64,000 nt of DNA from Mantamonas sphyraenae STR306 (lineage: Eukaryota > Protista > CRuMs): assembly GCA_026936335.1 (NCBI GenBank), contig JAPMXV010000046.1:1-64000 (forward strand), in the 5' to 3' direction. This document shows, in pieces, positions 1 to 9,792 of this stretch. The position numbers and the translations under genes are program-made. The first letter of the stretch is position 1. Each line of letters opens with the position of its first letter. The notes below the pieces were generated by a model. The model was given only the letters and a program-made list of their open reading frames with translations. It was not told where the DNA came from and made no database searches.

Positions 1-169
1 CCTAACCCTAACCCTAACCCTAACCCTAACCCTAACCCTAACCCTAACCCTAACCCTAACCCTACCCTAACCCTAACCCTAACCCTAACCCTAACCCTAA
101 CCCTAACCCTAACCCTAACCCTAACCCTAACCCTAACCCTAACCCTAACCCTAACCCTAACCCTAACCC
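1..169. repeat. Telomeric repeat array (CCCTAA)n, i.e. TTAGGG on the minus strand; chromosome end
   Basis: About 28 tandem CCCTAA units from base 1, with one CCCTA variant near 60-64. Confidence 0.99.
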
Positions 170-1061
170 GACGCCGTGAGTTGTCTGCATTCCGCCTCAG
201 ACGACCCCGTGCGTATCGATTCGTAGGGACCCTGGAACGTGTCAAGATGTCGCTGCACTATTTGAGTGACATGGGCGTGGTTGATCCCGCAGATCTCCCC
301 ATTCGAAGCCGGCGCCAGTTTCACCAGCTCATATCTGAGCCCGTTCTGAGTGGTGTGCTTCAGATGGTGCTTGAGATGGCAGACTTACTTCCCATCAGAC
401 CCGGTGCGGTTCGCCCAGCCACCAGGCGCGTTGGAGCATCGTTTGGCGCGACAACAAACCGTCTGTCGGCGTGGGTCACACTTCTGAACGGAGTATTGAC
501 GCGGCCTGCAGGGTTTTCAATCAACGACTCTGTGCATTCACGTGCTGCTAGGTACTTGCCGGCGTTTATGCAATGGCTCCGCGCGATACAGGCGGCGAGG
601 GACCACGCAAACGTCGTCAGCCAGTCCGCTGCACCACCGTTGTCGGTCCGCTGGCAGGAAATTGGTTTGCTGTGGTTTCGAGTCCTTGCACAGGTGAACC
701 CTAACCCTCACCCACTGATCATGTATTCGTGGACGAAGCCGTGGACGAAGCCGTGGACGAAGCCGTGGACGAAGGAGGCATTGATTCAGCAACAACCAGC
801 ACGACAAGGTGCAGACCCGATTCTCCTGCCATCACCCTCCCATCTCCGACAACGCCCGTACAACACCAAGATCAACCAATTGACAGTGGGCGACGGTTGG
901 TGGAAAGAGCTCTGTATCTCTCGTTGCGCGAGCAAGACAACCAGGAGCAGGAGCTGTTTCGCCGGCAACGGAGTCGCCATGAGCTGGAAGATGACGGAGA
1001 GGAGGAAGATATGGAGCCTGCTCCGCGTCGGCAGCGCCTGACGTACGAAACAAGCGACTGA
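170..1061 (+). pseudogene. Telomere-abutting, probably 5'-truncated gene of unknown function
   Basis: The frame of ORF 181-1041 is open back into the telomere. The protein-like sequence switches near 700-730 into ORF 729-1061 (DEAV repeats, acidic tail, PRRQRL). Confidence 0.4.
729..773 (+). repeat. 12-bp tandem repeat GTGGACGAAGCC, ~3.8 copies
   Basis: Directly visible; encodes (VDEA)n or (WTKP)n depending on frame. Confidence 0.95.
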
Positions 1062-1110
1062 GGGGTGTCTGAGGCAATGCATGAAAGGAAGGGACGGACG
1101 GAGGTAAAGC

Positions 1111-1465
1111 CCCTTGCTCTCCCAGAGCCTCAATCACTGTTTGATCACATACATCCTGCGTCCACACACGTACAGGCTGCATATTACTGGCGTATGCACC
1201 CACTCTTGTTCACCCCAAGCCCCAGGTGGGTAGATTCCGTGTGTCTGTGGACGAGTGTCCCTTGCTCTCCCAGAGCCTCAATCACTGTTTGATCACATAC
1301 ATCCTGCGTCCACACACGTACAGGCTGCATATTACTGGCGTATGCACCCACTCTTGTTCACCCCAAGCGCCAGGTGGGTAGGATCCGTGTGTCTGTGGAC
1401 GAGTGTCCCTTGCTCTCCCCAGAGCCTCAATCACTGTTTGATCACATACATCCTGCGTCCACACA
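1111..1465. repeat. Subtelomeric 148-bp tandem repeat, ~2.4 copies
   Basis: CCCTTGCTCT unit starts at 1111, 1259 and 1407; the copies are near-identical. Confidence 0.95.
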
Positions 1466-2010
1466 GGCTCATCCCCACATGCACCTGTTCTTGAGGGGTG
1501 TCTGGGTGGGTGTTGAACCTCATGGTGAGGGTGGAATCTTTTGTAGGGTAAAGATCTCACTCACATGCGGTTACCAACCCTTTCACATGCACATGGTACA
1601 CAGCGAACAGCGTAAGACATGCAGTGGACGCGCATGGGAACCTAGAAGGTTGTTCGGTACCTACTCCCCCCCCCCCCCCCCGTTGTTTTGTGGTTTAGGG
1701 TGAACGTTTCCCAATTCTATGTTGTTGTGCGATTCTATCCTTCTTAATTTGATATGTGAATATGCGTTGAGTCCGGTCTATGTCATATGAGTCGTGCTTG
1801 TGTCTGCTGGCGGTGTGGCTGAGGTGGGTGCTGACATGGGGCAGTGGGCAATGGGTGGGAGTGGAAATGTCGCTGGTGAGTGGCCGTCGTCCTGCAACGC
1901 CGCGCAGTCAGCACTGCCCATCCGCTATCAACCAAAACATCTCCAACACCCACAACACCCTCCACCAGTCCAACACAATCCACATACACTCCAGTTCCAC
2001 CACCACCATC

Positions 2011-5000
2011 ATGGACAAGGACTACTCAAGCACTCCGAAGCAACAACACACACCCAACACCTACCCAGCGTGCGTTCTGCCTTTCACTCCGTTTTCTGAC
2101 TGCCCGCTTCTCCCGCTTCCTTGCCTCCTCCATGCTTCCGTCGCTTCCCTGCACTCCTTCCCTGCATCTCCACTTTCCCATCACCACCCCTGCTGTTTTC
2201 TCCGCTCTTATCGGATCCCCTCCCCCCTGTCACTGCCCTCCCCGTTGCCAGTTTCCCGGTCTGCCAATCTCCTCCGTTTTTCCCTCCCTGCTGGTTCCAG
2301 CCTCCCTTCACCCCGCTTCTGCCCTGACGGCATCCATTCCGCCTTCCGCTCACCGTTTCCACACCGCCCTCCCCCTCCCCGTCTCCCCCACAGCTACGCG
2401 TACATGGTCCCTCCCATGGCTGCCCAGCCGTTTCCGAACATGCTGCCCGCCTCTGGCGTACAAAACCCGTACCAGCACCCACAACCACCCATCATCTGGG
2501 TCCCTGTCAACACCCACTCCCAGCAACACCATGCATATACTCATCAGGGCCACCCATACTACGCCTACCCTCCTCAGCCGCCTCCTCAGCCCGGACAAAC
2601 CGCCCAGATGCACTTCGCTCAGACTTCGTTTCACCCTCCGCCTGCTCAACCCACCACAAACCACAACCGCGTTCCCAAACGCATCAGCCCTGCCTTTGTC
2701 GGCATCACACGGACCACATCCACCACCACGTCGTCCTCCACCCACCAGGCCACACGGCAGGCTGGAGACAGCGACGACGACGACGCGGACCATGACACAC
2801 AAACACATGACACCGGCGACGTGGAGGACCTTATGTTTCTGAACTTTGGCCATCGTGAACCACGGTCACCCTCCAGCAACACAGAGTGGATGACCAGCTC
2901 AGGGATGGAGGCGTACGAAGAAAGCGGCGAGGCAAACGACGCAACCCAGCAGCACGTGGACGACGAGTTGGAAACTCAGGGCGCACTCAGCTTCGCAGAC
3001 ACTGGTGATGCCATGGATGGGGAGTACTTGCCGCAAGACGACAGCGACGACGACACAGACGACATGGAGCAGGAGAGCACGGACGAATGGCAGCCGAGAC
3101 GCACAAGTAGAGGCCACGCACAACGACGAAGAGACCACATCGACCGTCGTACTGGTCCACAAAAGATGAAAGGCAGCGAACAGCGCAGGCTCATGGTCAC
3201 GGCTGGCGGTGTCACAGAGACAGGAACGTCGAGCACACGGGCAAGGAGGGCCAAGAACGGAGACAACGGGACAAAGAAGGGGTCAGGGGCGGAGAAGTCG
3301 AACAAGTTGCCAGAAGGTGTTGTGCGCAAAGGGTGGACAGCAGGACACAGTGACGAGCGCAGCCGCAGCAACAAGAAGGAGCACACGGCACTGCTGAACC
3401 ACATGCACACTCTGGCCAACGAGCATCCCATCAACGACATCCCCGACATCATGACCCTGCAGGCGCGTGTTGTGGTCTGCAATGGCACCCTGCGCACGCT
3501 GGTGCGACAGCTCCTGCTCGCTCTGGGCAACATTCCCCTCTCCCAGGGCGACATGGCACTCTGCCTCACCCTTCTCGGCCTTGACATGGATCAACAGACG
3601 TGCAGAAATGCCATCCACCACGCTGGTCTGGCCCTGGGTATCACAAAGGCTGGGTTGAAGGTGTGCTGGCTGGAGGAACCACACGACCACGGCGACCCCA
3701 ACTACGCCCTCCTCAACCTGCTCATGACAGAGATGGACACTCTCGGCGAATGGCCCCCTCCCACCACCTGGAAGGAGCACGAGCAGACCCAGCTGTGGCT
3801 GCAGAAAGCACGACGCCCTGCTGACAACGACAGCGACCCACACTGGACACAATGCGACTACGACCACCATCTTCCCACCACCAACAAGGTGGACAAGTGG
3901 AATCCCGTGTCTGTGCGCAGTGGCTGGAACAGTGGCCCTACCAGCGACGAGCGTGGCAGCTGCACGGCGCGGGAGTTCCAGACGCTGCTGGCACACATGA
4001 AGGCACGCGCAGCCAAGCACCCTCGCCATATCCACACACACGAGCACCATGCACTGCGTGAGCTGATCAACAACGCCAGCAAGGTGTCCCTTGTGCGACA
4101 CATCATTCTGGCGCTTGGCAACGTTGGCGTGCCGCCTGTCGACCTGGCCTTCTTTTTCCGCCTCATTAGACCACGCCTCACCTACAAGCAGGTTCAACAG
4201 GTCATCAGCAACACCCTCTCGCGCGGTGTCACCGCCCTCTCCCTCAAGATCGCCTGGTTGGACAACCCCCATCCCAGCGACGCCACACTGCACACCCTCC
4301 TCCACACCCTCATCGACCGCATCACACCCCACATCAACACCCGCCCTACCACCACTGACGCGGTCAACGCCCTCGACATCCCCAAGCTTGATCTGCCCGA
4401 GCCAACAGAGGAGGAGAAGATGGCCGTGGAGGATGAACTGCCAGATGGCGTTGTGCGCAGTGGCTGGACGCACTGGCGCAAGAGCGAGCGCAGCCACAGC
4501 AACAAGAAGGAGCACACGGCACTGCTGAACCACATGCACACTCTGGCCAATGAGCATCCCACCGACGACATCCCCGACCTCATGACCCTGCAGGCGCGTG
4601 TTGTGGTCTGCCATGGCAACCTGAACACGCTGGTCCGACAGATTCAGCTCGCTCTGGGCAACATTCCCCTCTCACAGGGAGACATGGCCTTCTGCCTCAC
4701 CCTTCTCGGCCGTGACGTGGATCAAAATGCGTGCTTCCTTGCCATCCGTGACGCTGGTCTGGCCACAGGTGTGACAGAGGCTGGGTTGAAGGTGTGCTGG
4801 CTGGAGGAGCCACACGACCACGGCGACCCCAACTACGCCCTCCTCAACCTGCTCATGACAGAGATGGACACTCTCGGCGAATGGCCCCCTCCCACCACCT
4901 GGAAGGAGCACAAGCAGACCCAGCTGTTGCTGCAGGAAGCACGACGCCCTGATGACAACGACAGCGACCCACACTGGACACAATGCGACTACGACCACCT

Positions 5001-5601
5001 CCTCACCACCACCAAGGTGGACAAGTGGCATCCTGAGTCTGTGCGCAGTGGTTGGATCAATGGTCTCAGCGACGAGCGTGGCAGCTGCACGGCGCGGGAG
5101 TTCCAGACGCTGCTGGCACACATGAAGGCACGTGCAGCCAAGTACCCTCGCCATCAGCATGCGCACGAGAACCATGCACTGCGTGAGCTGATCAACAACG
5201 GCCGCAAGCAGTCTCTGGTGCGACACATCATCCTGGCGCTGGGCAACGTTGGCGTGCCGCCTGTCGACCTGGCCTTCTTTGTTCGCCTCCTCAGACCACG
5301 CCTCACCTACAGGCAGGTGCAAAGTGCCATCACTGGCACCCTCATCCGAGGCGTCACCTCCCTCTCCCTCAAGATCGCCTGGCTCGACAACCCCAAACCC
5401 AGCGACGCCACACTGCACACCCTCCTGCACACCCTCATCGACCGCATCACACCCCACATCACCACCCGTCCCACCACCCCCGCACTCGTCAACGCCTACC
5501 CCATCCCCTCCTTCACCCTGCCCAAGCGCAAAGACCCTTCCTCCTCCTCCTCCTCCTCCTCCTCCTCCTCCTCCTCCTCGAAACGGCAACGCCTCGAATG
5601 A
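2011..5601 (+). CDS. Subtelomeric four-domain (A-B-A-B) repeat protein, copy 1; putative nuclear nucleic-acid-binding protein
   Basis: Exon 1 2011-2069, GT-AG intron 2070-2393, exon 2 2394-5601. P/Q/H-rich, acidic and basic N-terminus; 1131-nt internal duplication (starts 3307, 4438); C-terminal KRK...KRQRLE NLS-like end. Confidence 0.85.
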   Translation: MDKDYSSTPKQQHTPNTYPACVLPFTPFSDCPLLPLPCLLHASVASLHSFPASPLSHHHPCCFLRSYRIPSPLSLPSPLPVSRSANLLRFSLPAGSSLPSPRFCPDGIHSAFRSPFPHRPPPPRLPHSYAYMVPPMAAQPFPNMLPASGVQNPYQHPQPPIIWVPVNTHSQQHHAYTHQGHPYYAYPPQPPPQPGQTAQMHFAQTSFHPPPAQPTTNHNRVPKRISPAFVGITRTTSTTTSSSTHQATRQAGDSDDDDADHDTQTHDTGDVEDLMFLNFGHREPRSPSSNTEWMTSSGMEAYEESGEANDATQQHVDDELETQGALSFADTGDAMDGEYLPQDDSDDDTDDMEQESTDEWQPRRTSRGHAQRRRDHIDRRTGPQKMKGSEQRRLMVTAGGVTETGTSSTRARRAKNGDNGTKKGSGAEKSNKLPEGVVRKGWTAGHSDERSRSNKKEHTALLNHMHTLANEHPINDIPDIMTLQARVVVCNGTLRTLVRQLLLALGNIPLSQGDMALCLTLLGLDMDQQTCRNAIHHAGLALGITKAGLKVCWLEEPHDHGDPNYALLNLLMTEMDTLGEWPPPTTWKEHEQTQLWLQKARRPADNDSDPHWTQCDYDHHLPTTNKVDKWNPVSVRSGWNSGPTSDERGSCTAREFQTLLAHMKARAAKHPRHIHTHEHHALRELINNASKVSLVRHIILALGNVGVPPVDLAFFFRLIRPRLTYKQVQQVISNTLSRGVTALSLKIAWLDNPHPSDATLHTLLHTLIDRITPHINTRPTTTDAVNALDIPKLDLPEPTEEEKMAVEDELPDGVVRSGWTHWRKSERSHSNKKEHTALLNHMHTLANEHPTDDIPDLMTLQARVVVCHGNLNTLVRQIQLALGNIPLSQGDMAFCLTLLGRDVDQNACFLAIRDAGLATGVTEAGLKVCWLEEPHDHGDPNYALLNLLMTEMDTLGEWPPPTTWKEHKQTQLLLQEARRPDDNDSDPHWTQCDYDHLLTTTKVDKWHPESVRSGWINGLSDERGSCTAREFQTLLAHMKARAAKYPRHQHAHENHALRELINNGRKQSLVRHIILALGNVGVPPVDLAFFVRLLRPRLTYRQVQSAITGTLIRGVTSLSLKIAWLDNPKPSDATLHTLLHTLIDRITPHITTRPTTPALVNAYPIPSFTLPKRKDPSSSSSSSSSSSSSSKRQRLE

Positions 5602-5852
5602 ACCACCCTTTCATTCCCACACCCTCCCACTCACCCACCCTTCCCACCCTCTCTCCTCCACATACTCCTCCATCCCACCACACCCAAACATCGCCTCCCT
5701 CTCCTCCCCATTCATCACCAACGCCACCTCCATCGCCTCATCCACCTGTGCACCCCACCCATCTGCCTTCAACCAAAATATCACCAACACCCACAACATC
5801 CCTCCACCAGTCCAACACAATCCACATACACTCCAATACCACCGCCACCACC

Positions 5853-8800
5853 ATGGACAAGGACTACTCAAGCACTCCGAAGCAACAACACCCACCCAAC
5901 ACCTACCCAGCGTGCGTTCTGCCTTCCACTCCGTTTTCTGACTGCCCGCTTCTCCCGCTTCCTTGCCTCCTTCTTGCCTCTGTCGCTTCCCTGCACTCCT
6001 CCCCTGCATCTCCCCTTCCCCATCATCACCTCTGCTGTTTTCTCCGCTCTTTTCCGATCCCATCCCCCCTGTCACTGCCCTCCCCGTTGCCAGTTTCCCC
6101 GTCTGCCAATCTCTTCCGTTTTCCCTCTTTGCTCGTTCCAGCCTCCCTTCACCGCCGCTTCTGCCCTGACGGCGTCCATTGCACCTCCCGCTCACCGTTC
6201 CCACCCCGCCCATCCCCCTCCCGTCTCCCCACAGCTACGGGTACATGGTCCCTCCCATGGCTGCCCAGCCGTTTCCGAACATGCCACCCGGCCAAGTCGT
6301 CCAAACCCCGTACCAGCACCCACAATCACCCATCATCTGGGTCCCTGTCAACACCCATCCCCAGCGGCACCACGCGTATGCTCATCAGGGCCACCCATAC
6401 TACCCCTACCCTCCTCCGCCGCCTCCTCAGCCGCGACAAGCCGCCCAGATGCACTTCGCTCAGACTTCGTTTCACCCTCCGCCTGCTCAACCCACCACAA
6501 ACCACAACCGCGTTCCCAAACGCATCAGCCCTGCCTTTGTCGGCATCACACGGACCACATCTGCCACCACATCGTCGTCCTCCTCCCACCAGGCCACACG
6601 GCAGACTGGAGACAGTGACGACGACGACGCAGACCAGCACACACACACACATGACACCGGCGACGTGGAGGACCTGATGTTCCTGAACTTTGGCCACCGT
6701 GAACCACGGTCAATGTCCAGCAACTCAGAGTGGATGACCAGCTCAGGAATGGAGGCGTACGAAGAAGACGACGAGGCAAACGACGCAACCCAGCAGCACG
6801 TGGACGACGAGATCGAAACTCAGGGCACACTCAGCAATGCAGGCACTGGTGATGCCATGGGTGAGGAGTACATGCCGCAAGACGACAGCGACGACGACGC
6901 AGACGACATGGAGCAGGAGGACACGGACGAGTGGCAGCCGAGACGCACAAGAGGAGTCCGTACACGACGGCGCAGAGGCAACCCCAGCCGTCGTACTGGT
7001 CCACAGAAGATGGAAGGCAACGGACAGCGCAGGCTCAGGGTCACGGCTGACAGTGGCACGGAGACAGGAACGTCAAGCACACGGGCAAGGAGGGCCAAGA
7101 ACGGAGACACCGGCGCAGGGAAGGAAGCAGGCGTGGACAAGACGAATAAGTTGCCAGATGGTGTTGTGCGCAAAGGGTGGACATGGGGGTACAGTGACGA
7201 GCGCAGCCGCAGCAACAAGAAGGAGCACACGGCACTGCTGAAGCACATGCACACCCTGGCCAACGATCATCCCATCGACAATATCCCCGACATCATGGCA
7301 CTACAGGCGCGTGTTGTGGTCTGCCATGGCACTACGACCACGCTGGTCCGACAGATTCAGCTCGCTCTGGGCAACATTCCCCTCTCCCAGGGTGACATGG
7401 CCTTCTGCCTCTCCCTTCTCGGCCGTGACACGGATCAGAGCGCATGCAGCCTTGCCATTGACCACGCTGGTCTGGCCATGGGTGTGACAAAGGCTGGGTT
7501 GAAGGTGTGCTGGCTGGAGGAGCCACACGACCATGGCGACCCCAACTACGCCCTCCTCCACCTGCTAATGACAGAGATGGACACCCTTGGCGACAGGCCT
7601 CATCCCACCACCTGGAAGGAGCACAAACAGACCCAGCTGTGGCTGCAGAAAGCACGACGCCCTGCTGACAACGACAGCGACCCACACTGGACACAATGCG
7701 ACTACGACCACCACCTCACCACCACCAAGGTGGACAAGTGGCATCCCGAGCCTGTGCGCAGTGGCTGGAGCAAATCCCGGGGTGACGCGACCGACGAACG
7801 TGGTAGCTGCACGGCGCGGGAGTTCCAGACGCTGCTGGCACACATGAAGGCACGCGCAGCCAAGCACCCTCGCCACCAGCACACACACGAGCACCGAGCA
7901 CTGCGTGAGCTGATCAACAACGGCAGCAATCAGTCCCTGGTGCGACACATCATCCTGGCGCTGGGCAACGTTGGCGTGCCCCCTGTCGACCTGGCCTTCT
8001 TTGTCCGCCTCCTCAGGCCACGCCTCACCTACAAGCAGGTCGCACCTGCCATCAACCACACCCTCACCCGCGGCGTCACCTCCCTCTCCCTCAAGATCGC
8101 CTGGCTCGACAACCCCAAACCCAGCGACGCCACACTGCACACCCTCCTCCACACCCTCATCGACCGCATCACACCCCACATCACCACCCGTCCCACCACA
8201 GTCGATGCAGTCAACACCCTCGACATCACCGAGCTTGTTCTTCCCGAGCCCACAAAGGAGGAGAAGATGGCCGTGGAGGATGGACTGCCAGATGGCGTTG
8301 CGCGCAAAGGTTGGAAACTGGGGCCCAGTGACGATCACAGCCACAGCAACAAGAAGGAGCATACGGCACTGCTGAAGCACATGAACACCCTGGCCAATGA
8401 GCATCCTATCGACGACATCACCGACCTCATGACCCTGCAGGCGCGTGTTGTGGTCTGCCATGGCACCCTGACCACGCTGGTCCGACAGATTCAGCTCGCT
8501 CTGGGCAACATTCCCCTCTCCCAGGGCGACATGGCCTTCTGCCTCACCCTTCTCGGCCGTGACATGGATCAACATGCGTGCAGCGTTGCCATTCTCAACG
8601 CTGGTCTGGCCATGGGTGTGACAAAGGCTGGGTTGAAGGTGTGCTGGCTGGAGGAGCCACACGACCACGGCGACCCCAACTACGCCCTCCTCCACCTGCT
8701 CATGACAGAGATGGACCGTCTCGGCGACAGGCCCCATCCCACCACCTGGAAGGAGCACGAGCAGACCCACCTGTGGCTGCAGGAAGCACGACGCCCTGCT

Positions 8801-9442
8801 GACAACGACAGCGACCCACATTGGACAAAATGCGACTACGACCACCACCTCACCACCACCACGGTGGACAAGTGGCAATCTGAGTCTGCGCGCAGTGGCT
8901 GGAGCACACACCCGCACAACGACGAGCGTGGCAGCTGCACGGCGCGGGAGTTCCAGACGCTGCTGGCACACATGAAGGCACGCGCAGCCAAGCACCCTCG
9001 CCACCAGCACACACACGAGCACCGAGCACTGCGTGAGCTGATCAACAACGGCAGCAATCAGTCCCTGGTGCGACACATCATCCTGGCGCTGGGCAACGTT
9101 GGCGTGCCGCCTGTCGACCTGGCCTTCTTTGTCCGCCTCCTCAAACCACATCTCACCTGCAGGCAGGTGCAAGGTGCCATCAGCGCCACCCTCACTCGCG
9201 GCGTCACCTCCCTCTCCCTCAAGATCGCCTGGTTGGACAAACCCAAACCCAGCGACGCCACACTGCAAACTCTCCTCCACACCCTCATCGACCGCATCAC
9301 ACCCCACATCACCACACGCCCTACCACAGTCGCACTCGTCAACGCCTACCCCATCCCCTCCTTCACCCTGCCCAAGCGCAAAGACCATTCCTCCCCCTCC
9401 TCCTCCTCCTCCTCCTCCTCCAAACGCCAACGCCTAGAGTAA
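5853..9442 (+). CDS. Subtelomeric four-domain repeat protein, copy 2
   Basis: Exon 1 5853-5911, intron 5912-6234 (323 nt; splicing restores frame), exon 2 6235-9442. Internal duplication starts at 7151 and 8285. Confidence 0.85.
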
Positions 9443-9792
9443 CACTCACCCGTATCACACGCACCTTTGTCCTCAGTGGCGTGTGCGAAATTCCACTCAC
9501 CCTCACCTGCCCAACCAACGTTTCCAACAACAACTTCTCACCATTCACAGCAACACCAGTTCCCCCTTCCGCTCATACCATCCCTACTCCGTGTAAGTAC
9601 CCTCCCATGTTTCGCATCTCCGGTTCCGTCAACCGTCCTTTGCACACACTTGCCGCTCCATCCGCCCTCAAAGGTCCCTCGTTGCGCCCAACCGTCCACG
9701 CTATGCTGACCATCCTCCAACCTTCACGCACATGCATCATTACACGCCCATCCCAACCTACCCCCTATCGTGTTCCACTCAGTTTCGGTCCA

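Noticed and set aside
1111-1465. Possible CRISPR array or coding repeats
   Set aside because: The units are contiguous with no unique spacers, the context is eukaryotic and there are no cas genes.
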